Source of the DNA: Anthoceros angustus
Lineage: Eukaryota; Plantae; Anthocerotophyta
DNA: 64,000 bases
Direction of reading: 5' to 3'
NCBI GenBank assembly: GCA_010909165.1
Contig: MU008206.1
Coordinates: forward strand, 336,229 to 400,228
The translations under genes and the position numbers were made by a program. The notes beneath the pieces are model-generated. The model saw only the letters and a list, made by a program, of their open reading frames with translations, ran no database searches and was not told the origin of the DNA. Of this stretch, positions 13,225-24,983 are shown piece by piece (position 1 is the first letter of the stretch; each line of letters opens with the position of its first letter).

Positions 13225-14180
13225 TCTGCCCTCCGCCACCCGCCTCCTCCTAGTCCCCCGCTTTTTCTGTCCATAGTGCACACAAGTGTGTTTCCTTCCC
13301 GGTGACGGAGTTGCCCCCTCCGTGCTCCACCACCCCCCGCCTCCACACTCCTTGTTCCCGCCTCCTCGGCCTCCTCCTCCTCCCAAGCCCCTTCCGCCCT
13401 CCACCTCCATACATGGCCGTCACCTTGCTGCCCTGCACTCCTCCACCTCTTTTCCATTATTTGCTTGCCCACCACATGCCCCCGCCGCCCGCCTCCATCA
13501 CACCATTCCTGTGCATGCAACTTCCACCAACCTGCGATCGTGGTGTCGCGGCACCACAATTACGCCCACACTGCCACTGCTTCCCCACCGCTGCCTCCCT
13601 CCTGCATGCTTCCTCATGACCGCGCCCTGCCTCCACTTCACCGCTACTTGTTCATCGCCTTTCCCCCCTTCCAAGTCCCATCGCCTCCTCCGCCACCCGC
13701 TCCTCCTAGTCCCCTGCGTTTTGGCTGTCCATAGTGCACACAAGTGTGTTTCCTTCACAGTGACGGTTCTTGCCCCCTCGTGCTCCACCACCGACTCCGC
13801 CCTCCACACTCCTTGTTCCCGCCTCCTCCCAAGCCCCTTCCGCCATCCCAACGGCCTCCACCCTCCATACATGGCCGTCACCTTGCGGTCGGGCACTCCT
13901 CCACCTCTTTTCCATTATTTGCTTGCCCACCTCCACCTGCCCTCCGCCACCCGCCTCCATTGACACCATTCCGGGCATGCTTCCACCAACCTGCGATCGT
14001 GGTGTCGCATGAACCTTCACCATGTCGTTTCCCCCTCTGCCTCCCTCCTGCATGCTTCCTCTCGTGCTTCCCGTCTCCACTTCACGCTACTTGTTCGCCG
14101 TCGCCTTTCCCCCCTTCCAAGTCCGTTGTGCCCCCGCCTCCTCGGCCTCCTCCCTCCCAAGCCCCCTTCCGCCCCATCTG
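13225..14180. repeat. C-rich tandem duplication, ~460-bp unit, about 2 copies
   Basis: ctgtccatagtgcacacaagtgtgtttccttc occurs at ~13267 and ~13725, and the downstream blocks (ccatacatggccgtcaccttgc, ccaccaacctgcgatcgtggtgtcgc) recur in the same order. Confidence 0.85.
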
Positions 14181-14985
14181 CATTCCTTGCTAGCATCTAG
14201 ACGTCCACGTCGCCACCACGTGCACCACTGTTGCCTCCCACCCCTTCCTTCCGTCGCCTCGGAAAGGCCACCATATCAGGATCCATCTCCAATTCAATGT
14301 CATTAAGCAAAATGGTCATTTCCCTTGTTCTCCTTGCAATGGCTTGAACCTATGGTGTCTTCTCATACACTCCCTGCCTTACCCGCTGTAGGAACTCAGG
14401 CACAGAACCCCCACTATCGCGGACCGCCCACAGAGGCTGCATGGAAATCGTCCTCTTCAACCTCCCATACTCTGCCTCTTCTTCCGTTGGAAACCGCCCA
14501 TCTTGATTCTCAAACCTCACCACCCGGCCAGACGCCTCCCTTTCCCCATGGGTTTGGACCCATCCTCCCGTTTTGGCTAGCCTCTCTTTTGCTGCAATTT
14601 CTTGATGGCTCAAACCTCCCGTTCCTCTTCAGCTCCATCCGAGCCCATGCAAGGGCATCTTCTCACTCTTTGTCACCCACCATGCTCGGTTTCTTCCCAT
14701 GTCCTCTGCTCCATTTCTCTAGCGTTGAGTTAGGGTTTTGTATTCTATATAAACTCTTTCTTCGGATGGTATTGTCTTTTCCTGGGGTAGCTCCGAGGGC
14801 TGAGGTCCTTCCTTTAGCTGCGTCTTTGTTTTGTATTCCAAGGTTTCCCCATGTCCGGAGTCCGAGGTGCTGTCCAGTTTTGTAGCAGTTTGAAGGCGAA
14901 TTTGCTGTTTGTTGTGATGCGAAGTTGTTACTTCCGAAAGCCAAGGTTGTTTGCCTCCGAAGGCCACGGTTGTCCGCTTCCGAAG

Positions 14986-15218
14986 TGATGAAATAGGTCA
15001 CTATTAGGGCACTCTTCACTAGGGCACCTAGAACTTAATGATTTATTTATTTGGATAGGGCATTAAGTAGTTTAGGTAGTTTTCTTTAGTTGGTTACTTA
15101 ATTGGTTATTTGTTACAACCACTTGGTTATAACCACTTTAGCCTTCTATATAAGGCATGTACTTTCTATCAAATGTAATGCAACACATATTGCTTGAGCT
15201 TGTGTATGATTCTCATCA
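14986..15218 (+). repeat. 5' LTR of the copia element
   Basis: Starts tgatgaaatagg, ends ttctcatca, contains tatataa, followed by a Met-initiator-type PBS. Confidence 0.95.
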
Positions 15219-15995
15219 TGGTATCGAGCACACTTGCTCTTTGTTTGTGCATCCTCATGCATCTAAGTAGCTTATCTAGGAGACACTTTCTAATCTAGCA
15301 TTTGCCTAGATGGATTGTGTTTATCCTAGAATTGCTATCTTTGCATGCATTCTTTATGCTAACATTTCTCTTCTAACAATGCTTTTATGCACTAATTCTT
15401 TGTTCTTCCTCCATGGATTTGTGTTCCCTTAGAAGGAGAAGGCATAGAGTTAAGAAGAGAAGTAGTCTGCAAGACAACAAGAACAAATTAGGAGCCCAAC
15501 ACATAGAAGCAATAGAAGACAACAAGCTATAGAGGAGAGATAGTAGAAACCTCCTCTTGTATAGCAAACTTCATTGCATCTATTTTAATTTCTAAACCGG
15601 ATCAAGGGAAGTTTATCAAGCTAGCTAGACGTGATTTGCTAGAAGTTTTAGTCCAATTCACGTCAAGGCATTAGAATTAGCTCTCCAACATATCCCAAAT
15701 TTGAATCGGTATTAGTACTCCTTTATCTTCTAGTCTGCAAGACAAAAATAGCATAGAAACTCTTAGATTTCAAGAAATTGATAGTCAATTAGCAACTCTT
15801 AGAATCCAATCCTTTGATCTTAAGGGAGAATTATCTGAATTAAGGACAAAATTGTCTATTCTCTCTAAGGTTGATAATGCGCAGAGATTTGAGAGCATGC
15901 TATCATCATCCGAATCGGTATGATGCAAGAGAAGAGTTTCGTGCATGCAATAGAAGATGAGAGGTCATCAGGCCTAGTCCTCTAAATCACCTACA

Positions 15996-18900
15996 ATGGC
16001 TGGAGTGATCAATAATGAAGAACAAACTGTTCCTAATTCCCCATTGGGTAATGATAATGCTAACACTTCATTGCATTATCATTATGGTGACGATTTGAAA
16101 GATAGATTCAATGGAAGGGATTATGACATCGGTCATTGAGAATGCGAGGAGCTTTGCGGCAAAGAGACCTTTGGGGCATCGTCGATGGATCAATTCCAAG
16201 GCCACACGCCCGATTTGAACGTGAACTTCAACCTTCCGGGCGCCCAGGCGAGAAGGCACAAGATTTATTGGTCGGTGGACTTTCTCAACATATGGTGAGA
16301 CATGTCGCTGCAAAGACCTCCAAGGATATGTGGACTCACCTTGCTCAATTATATTCATCTCGAGATGTAATGAGTATTGTTGCGACTTCACGTAACTTCC
16401 GCAACCTCTCAATGAAGGAGTCCGACACCATCGAACATCATGTTAATGCATTTCGATTGGCACGATCCCATTTGGAATCTTCAACTGGCGTACCTATCTC
16501 AGAGATGGAGGCTTACGTCATTCTCTTATCTTCATTGCCACCTTCTTATAGGGCTTTCATTACAACTCAAAATGCGATGCAATGTCGAAAAAGCTGCAGA
16601 TGAAGATCCAAATGAAGAGCCGGACATCGTGTTTCCGAACTTATTGGAGCATTGCTACAGGAGGAGGCAAGCAGCGTCATCATCACTCCGAGCCAACAAG
16701 CGGCGGTGATGTATTCACAAAGGGGTAGAGGAAGAGGAGGCGAGGCCGAGGTTCTACTTTCCAGACCCCATATCCTCGCATACTTTCCATGATGGAGAGG
16801 CATCTTCTTCAACACCGCAAGAGGTAACAAGAAGGCGGGATTATATGTAATTGGTGCGTAATCCCAAATCACATGGAAAAGGATTGTCGTAAGAAGAAGA
16901 ATGGGAACCTCGCAAGGAGGCCCCACACAGCTAACATTGCGTGAAGAAACAATCTTCCTCAACTCCAGCAGTGCTCACTGTGCTTGGCTTCTTCCAAGCC
17001 CTCCAATACCTCATGGTACTTAGACAGTGGAGCTACTTCACATATTTGTTACAACAGAAACTCTTTTGAGTCTTACTCACCAGCCACAGGACATCAGTCT
17101 GTCCTCCTGGGAGATGATCACAACCTACCCATTGCGGGTGTTGGTTCAGTTGTATTCAAGTGTGATTCAGGTCAGGTTCTTCATCTTCATCACGTCCTCC
17201 ATGTTCCTTCAATGTGCAAGAATCTAGTATCAGCTGCAAGTCTTTGTCAAGAACACACTCTGCAGGTGATCCTTTATGCAGATAGTTGTCTTCTCTCTTT
17301 CATAAGTGATAGAAACTATACAATCTGCAGCACTTTAGATGATGGTCTCTATAGATTGTCGACAAGTGGGAGCCACCCATTCGCTAATGTTGCCATTCCA
17401 AACCCAAATGACACCTACCCAAACCATGCTTTGGCATTGTCGCCTTGGTCATCCTAATAGTCAAAAATTAATCCAAATGTCTAAGGGAGCTTTATATAGA
17501 ACCCTTGCCTTGCAAAGGTTGAACACCTACCTTGGTGCGAATCTTGTGTCCTCACTAAACGACATCAAGAGCCTTTCAAAATAAATCTCCACAAAGGGCC
17601 AAGTCACCTTTAGAGATAGTGCACATGACATTGTGGACCCTTGTCTACACCCTCCTTTAGTGGTAGTAGATATTTTTGACCTTCACGGATGATTTCTCTC
17701 GTTTTGTCTTTTCCTACATCCTGAAAAACAAGAGTGATGCCTTTCACTTCTTCAAGGACTACATGAAATGGGCTGAGAGACTTACAGATCACAAACTCAA
17801 GACCTTACGTTCCGACAATGGTGGAGAGTTTACATCTCTTTTGAGGATTTTGTCGAGTGAAGGTATAGCTCAACAACTTGATTGTCTACACTCCTCAACA
17901 AAATGGCGTAGCCGAGAACAAGAATCTACGCCTCCAAGAGATCACAGGTTGCTTATTGGTACAAGCTAAGTTATCTAAGGCTTATTGGGCGAGGCCCTCC
18001 TAGACAACCTATCTCATGAATCGATTGCCTACATCAGTTCAAGGTATGACTCCATATGAAGCATTCATTGGCAAGAAGCCTTCTATTGACCACCTTCAAT
18101 TTTTGGATCCCCACATATGTTTTTATTCCCAAAGCATTGCGTAAGAAGTTGGATCCCAAAGCGGCTAAGTACACTTTCATTGGCTACAAGGTATCAAAGG
18201 GTACAAATTGTTCAACCCTTCTACAAGGCAACTTTTATACGCCGAGTGTTACTTTTCATGAGTCTTACCTCTTTTCCCCCAGTGGGAGTGATAGGCTTGG
18301 TCCTCCTCTTGATGAGACCATTGACCCTTCTTATTTTGATGAATCTTGATTATTTCACTCCATTTCCCATTCACGCTTCTCGTGTTCCTTTAGTTGAACC
18401 TATTATGCGGAGGAGGAGTTAGCATCTATTCCACAACTGGTACAACTCAGCAACGAACGATGTTGACATCCCAGAGGCGCCGGTTGACACTCATGATGAT
18501 GAGTTTGATGACCCTCGGAGGATGACATTGTGGAGCCAGATCCCGCGTTGATCCCGCTCCCTGGATGATGCACTGCACAAAGGTACAACCTTAGATCCCG
18601 ACCTACTATCTCAGTCCTGCAGTTGGAAGGAACCTCCTTTAGGATACCTAGCTGTTTTGATGATCCTATACCCCTATATCACTTTATTCTCAAGCTGTCT
18701 ACAAGGCAACTATAGACCCGGAAGAACCTCTTACCTTAAAACAAGCTTTCTCTTCTCGAAAAGACTTATGGAAGGTAGTCGAGATTCGAATATAATTCCC
18801 TAGTTAATAACTCTACATGGGAATTGGTCAAACCACCTAGGGGTAGGAAGATAGTAACCAGCAAATGGGTATTCAAAATTAAAAGAAAAGGAGATGGTTC

Positions 18901-20251
18901 TATAGAAAGGTATAAGGCACGCCTAGTAGCGAGGTTTTACACAAATTCTGGTCTAGATTACATACCTTGGGCCACTTATGCCCCAGAGCCAAATTTGCCA
19001 CACTTGAATGATATTTGCCTTATGTGCCCAACATGATCTTGAACTCCACATGATGGATGTTAAGACAGATATATTTGTATGGCGCTGCAAGAGGAAATAT
19101 ACATGAGACAACCCGAGGTTACAAGTCAAAGGCAAAGAAGATTGGGTATGCCGACTCATCAAAGGTTTGTATGGCCTTAAGCGGTCGAGCAAGAATTGGA
19201 ACTTAACCATACATGTACAACTTATTGGGAGAGGATTTAAGCAAAGCCGGTGATGCTTGTATGTACATCCTAATATCCGCAATGATATATTTTATCTTCT
19301 ACTTTATGTTGATGATGTTTTTATGGCAACAAACTCCCTTACTCTCCTAGCGAAACTAAAGCATGGCTTAGGACTCTATTTGAGATGTCCGATCTAGGAG
19401 AAATGACATATGCACTTGGTGTTAATATTATACGAAATAGAGGTAATAAGACTCTAAGTATAGTTCAAACCAAGTATATTAAGGAGAGTTTAGCTAAATT
19501 TGGACTTGAGGATGCAAAGCACACCCACACCTTTTGCAAGTGGTGTTAGGCTTACCTCGATATGAGTCCCAAAACAATTGAAGAAAAGCTAGAAATGTCG
19601 TTCCATACCGACATCTTTGTTGGCACTCTAATATATTTATGCAATTTTACGAGACCGGATATATCTTTTGAAGTCGCCTCGCTCACAATTCTTGGAGAAC
19701 CACGGGCGTGAGCCTTTGGATGTCTGTTAAGCGTATATTCGTACCTTAAAGGCACTATGTACAGGATCGATGTTCAAGCATACAGCATCAACACATTAAC
19801 TCTAACGGCATATCGATGCCGATTATCTTTGGTGACCCGATACGAAAATCGTATCGGTATGTATTACTCTTGGAGGAGCACCAATATCTGGTCAAGTAAG
19901 AAACAACCTACTATAGCTTTATCTGAGTGTGGTACTAACCTCGGTCTAAAGACATAGTGTGGTCTAGGTTAGTTTTGAGTGAACTTCACCATCCTCAACT
20001 TAAGCCTACATCTTTGTTTAGTGATAGCGGGTGCCATGCACTTGCAGAAATCCTGTTTTCATTCTAGAACTAAACATATAGCTGTTGAGTATCACTACAT
20101 AAGGGAAAAGTTAGAAGATCAAACCATAAATATTAGTTATGTTCAAACTTTAGACAATGTCGATTTATTAACAAAGTCATTGGGAATTGAGTTACATAGG
20201 AAACACATGAAATGTTTGGGTATAATGGACACGTCCAAACCTTTAACCTAA
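15996..20251 (+). pseudogene. Copia gag-pol polyprotein (frameshifted)
   Basis: Gag (LRQRDLWGIVDGS), protease WYLDSGATSHIC (~17014), GAG-pre-integrase WHCRLGH, integrase (FTDDFSRF, LRSDNGGEF), RT (KWVFKIKRKGDGSIERYKARLVA; LYVDD at 19305-19316) and RNase H (HSRTKHIAVEYHYIRE). Confidence 0.92.
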
Positions 20252-21776
20252 TACTCACCCTAGCGCCTTAGGGCCGATTTAAGATAACCTTAAAATCTTA
20301 GCCCATATTGTTTTTATTTTTCACAAACTTATTTCTTCTTCTATCTCAAAATATTGTCTTTTCCTTGTTCCTCATAGACGGTCAACATAGAACCTGGAAT
20401 ATTTTATATTAAAAATAAAATAATATTTAAGCAGTATTTATGATTAAAACAATAAATTCCTTAGCACCAAAGGCACTTACGGAAAATATGTTTGATATGT
20501 CCTGGAAATTCCTATGGGAGACTTGCTATTTTATCATGTGGATGGTAGTTTCCTCACATAACATATGAGTATGGGACATCCACCTTGCTAGGGCCTCCTT
20601 TTGTCAATACAACTACAGCTTTATCATAATCACCTAATGGGAGATATTCAGATCGTAAAAGCCTATACTCTTCACTTCATTAGGCTGACCAGGATAGTTG
20701 TAGTCTTACACTTAGGAAACAAGGATTTACAAGGTTAGAACAATAAGCCACAAATTGAAAAGGAAACAAAACTAGAAACTCGAAATTAGGAATCAACATA
20801 TACCTTTTTCATTTTCCTTTCCTTTCCTTTCTTCTTTTCCTTTCCATCCTTCTTCCTCTTTTCTTCTCTCCTTCATCCTCCACCGCATCGCCAGAGCCAC
20901 CAACACCAAAGGAAGGGATGGTCGACACTTCAAAGTCGGCCATCCCCCTCACCACAACTTGCCTCCATTCCGCTAGAGCTTGATGAGGGAAGGAGGGTAG
21001 GAGGCGGGAGGGAGGCCCCATGATACCGCAATGCGCATTTTTCTTTCCTAGGCCTTTCTTCACACATTGAAGTTGGGGCCCTCTCTCCTAATTTCATGAC
21101 AAGAATGAACACACAGAACATGGCTTCCTTATACCGAGCAAGAGATTGGAGATCATCGTCAAGTTCGGTTTCGAGCCTTCTTCTTCCGAGGACTCCAAGA
21201 TGATATGTCTTCTCCTCGGATTTCGGTGTTTGAGAGCTGGTGTGAGAGAGCGAGAATTTCTTTGAAGATTCATTAGGCGGGAGAAGCGGAAGATTTCGGA
21301 GAAAGATGCCCAGAATCTCCCATGGGCATCCCTCTCCTGCAGGACGCCCTCACGGATTGAGGGCGCGGGCGCCCGGCGCGCCCGCGGGCGCCGCGCGGCC
21401 GCGCCTTCTGGCGCCCGCCACGGCGCGCCCGGCGCGGGAGGGGCGCCTGGCGCCTCGCCGCCGCCTGCGGTTTGATGAGGGAAGGAGGTAGGAGCGGAAG
21501 GCATGTCGATTCCCCCGTACATGGGCATGTGATGCCCATGGATGGTTAATAACCATCCATTTACTTTGATAAATAGTTATTTTCCTTTTATAAATTGCTA
21601 TTTTCCTTTTAAGCTCAATTATGAATATGCTTAATTTTCAACTTAAGTTCCCTTTTACTTAATGCTTTTAAGCTCACTTGACTTTAGAACTAGTTTTCAG
21701 TTCTAGGCATATTTTGACTTATTTTGAAGCTAGAGTAATTCTCTATCATCACACCCTAGTTCATAGTGAGTGGGAG

Positions 21777-22012
21777 TGATGAAATAGGTCACTATTAGGG
21801 CACTCTTCACTAGGGCACCTAGAACTTAATGATTTATTTATTTGGATAGGGCATTAAGTAGTTTAGGTAGTTTCTTTAGTTGGTTACTTAAGTGGTTATT
21901 TGTTACAACCACTAGGTGGTTATAACCACTTCTAGCCTTCTATATAAGGCATGTACTTTCTATCAAATGTAATGCAACACATATTGCTTGAGCTTGTGTA
22001 TGATTCTCATCA
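21777..22012 (+). repeat. 3' LTR of the copia element
   Basis: Near-identical to the 5' LTR (a handful of small differences), preceded by a PPT and followed by the TSD. Confidence 0.95.
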
Positions 22013-24983
22013 CGAAGGCCAAGGTTTGCTCAGCTTAAAGGCCGATGTCTGTTTGTTTTCTGAGTGTCTTGGTCGTTTTGTGCGGCGCTTTTCTCCGCTC
22101 TTTTTCGCTACTCTTGCCTTGTATGCGCTCTTCTCTTTAGGTTTGTGTGTCTTGTAGTTTGTTACATTGTTGCGTTTCATGGCGGTTGTTGAGTTGGTGT
22201 TGAGTTTGTTTTGTACGCCTCTTTTTCCGCTCCAGCCGTTGATGACCTTACTTGAGCGGTTGTTTATGTGTGTTCAGTCTATTGCAATGAGGTGCAGTTA
22301 AGCTCTTGTGTGAAGTCATTTCCTATCGTTTTCTGTGTCTTTTCTCATTACGCATGTTGTGTCTTTGTCTTCTTATTACTTCCTCGAAACCAATATAAAA
22401 ACCGTAAGGCCTGCTGGAGGCTAGTAGGGAGTTTTGAAGTTCTTGGTTGGACATTGAAGTATGAGCGCATGTTTCATTTACACTCACGTCTGCGACTTGC
22501 GATTGTTTAGATGGATAATTGGTCTTTATCTTTTCTTTGTTTTGTTGGAGTTTTTCGCCGTGTTCACGATGATCATCTTCAGTCGCCGTAAGTCTTCTTA
22601 TTTTGTTGCTACCGCGTTTCTGGATACATAAAGAAGTTTCCATCTTTATCTCCTATTTTTGTTTCAGTTGTCGCCTTGTGTTCGTCCATCGTAGAACATA
22701 GAGTTTTATGTATGTTCTTTGTCCAGTTTGTGAAGGTTTCTGTTATTTGTTTCGTTTAACATTTGGCTTGATTGTCCTCGGAAGATGTTATGCATCTTCC
22801 TGTGAGTTTCCTGATCTTTCTTTCAGTTTCTCACCTCCGTATGTTTCGATGCAGGGGTTTGCCGGAAGCTTGAAAAGGATCGGACTTAACTGAATGTATA
22901 CTCTGGAAAGTAATAACTGGTACGATCGTTTTTTGTTTGGTTGTGTCTTCCGTTTAGGGCTTTCAAGCCTCACCATTGATTTCCCGTGTTGTCTGTCCAT
23001 TGTATAGCTTTGCAGTCTTTTGGTTGTGTCGTTACTCTTACCTTTGTGTTGGTTCTGTTTTCTTCTCAGTTCATAAGTTTGCTTATCTCCGGCATTCATT
23101 GTCTTGTAGACTAGCAATAAAGTTTTGTCAGCTTTGTAGCTTCCTTTCAGTTAATTATTTCCAGTATGTTTTGTCATGCAGAAGAGTTTGGGCGGCTTGA
23201 AGAATATCCGGTCGTAACTGGATAATACTGCAGGAAGTAATTATGGTGCGATTTCATTCTTTGTTTCCAACTGTTTGTTTGACTGTGTGTCATTTCAGGA
23301 CTTCATTATATATAGTTTCTTTGTTTTGTTTGTGGCGTTTTCAGAGTTTGCTGTTAGCTTTGTTTGGTGCTTTTCGATTGCTTGTATGTCTTGGCGGCGA
23401 GGAGAGTGTGGGGGCTTGAACAAGATCACGAAGAAACACGAAAGCATCGATGAAACGTGGTATGTTTTCATCTTTGTGTCAAAGTGTGTGTCATTTCGGG
23501 ACTTCATTATATATAGTTTCTTTGTTTTGTCATGCGAGAAGTAATTATGGTGCGATTTCATTCTTTGTTAGCTTTGTTTTGTTGTTTGACCTTTACACGT
23601 TGTGTGGTACATTCCTGTCTTGCATTTTGACTTGTCGATATACATTATGCTTCTATTTCTTAATTTTTTCGTGCTTAATTTATGTTTTCTATGCAGGTTT
23701 TAGAGGTAGTAGCGGGGATCAATCTTATCTGGTATTTACTCTACATTATTTTAATTTGTATTTCATGCCATTACGGATGTCAGAAATTACAAAGAAAAGG
23801 TTTCTTTGTTGGTTTTTGTATATCCCGGATCCGCATGAATGGTATTTACTGAATATGTTTTCTTTGCGGTTAGCGATTTGGTGGGATTTCTAGAATGAGC
23901 TTTCATCTAGATGTACAGTATTCACTTGAGTCAATTTTTTCTACCGCACGGTTTCAACATTTATGGTGGATACATTTCACCCGACATGCCATGTTTTCTA
24001 CTCTATTGTAATAAATTTTACTATATTGAGTAAAAAAAATGACCAAGTGGTCAATTCTCTCTCTAGAAATCTACCCTCTAGCCCCCGAAAAAAAATCGAG
24101 CTAGCGTGAGGCCCAGACGAGGCCGCGACTTTACGTGGTATTTTGGCCCTTTGCGGTACTCAGTGGTTACTCTCCAACAACCGCCAACCATTTCTCCCAT
24201 GTTTGCCTTCCAGATGTGAGCGGCGCGCGGAGGAAGAATCCATTCGGTGTCGTCGTCAATTTTTTCTACCGATGGTGTCTGTTGGTGGCGAAACCAGCGC
24301 CTCCACGAGCGGGTGTTAGAGTGTTGTTGCAGACCAGCAGTTCCTATGAGGACGGTGGCGGCTACCCGGTCCCACTACGGGTCACCTGCAGACATTGCGA
24401 GAAGAGGGCCGGAGGAGATCCACTTTGAGGGAGCGTGGGTGGGCGTCCCTCGAGGCATCATCGCCAATTGGTGGCCAACCCTTCTTGAGTGGCATCCGCT
24501 TGCCACTCCCAAAGCCTCTGCGTGGTTCCACGGGGAGGTGGGATAAGGGTTTCTTTGAGGGAGCCTAGAGGTGAGGACTCTAGCAAGGAGGAGGGAGGAA
24601 CAGGATAATATTTGAAGCGGCTCAATATACAAAGCCGCTTCCACCGAAAAAAGCCGCTTAGGAAAATCTCAAGAACTAAACCGCCGTTATAAGTGTGTCT
24701 GAGCGTGTAAGGCGAGTGCCTTGGTTGAATGATCGATTACGTGTTTTTAAACGCAGGTAATGGTGGATAAGGTCCGGCGCGGCATGCGGCGCCCGCTCGT
24801 GCAAACGGTACTTTAACTATGACGTGATATGGAGAACCCCAAAACAGTTTTTTTCATGTATTATGCGAGAAGGAAAGTAGGGAGGCGGCATGCGGCTACC
24901 CTCATACTATAATGTTCCAAACATGTCTATGTCATAAGAGAACCGGATTCGGAACCTAAGTACAATGGTCTTCCATGCGGTTT

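Larger units (their letters stand above)
14986..22012 (+). mobile_element. Full-length Ty1/copia LTR retrotransposon with frameshifted gag-pol
   Basis: LTRs 14986-15218 and 21777-22012 (TG...CA). 5-bp TSD CGAAG at 14981-14985 and 22013-22017. PBS tggtatcgagc at 15219. PPT gagtgggag precedes the 3' LTR. Domain order is gag, PR, INT, RT, RH. Confidence 0.96.

Noticed and set aside
12481-14885. Many overlapping Pro-rich or Gly-rich ORFs
   Set aside because: They are by-products of C-rich tandem repeats, with no recognisable domain.
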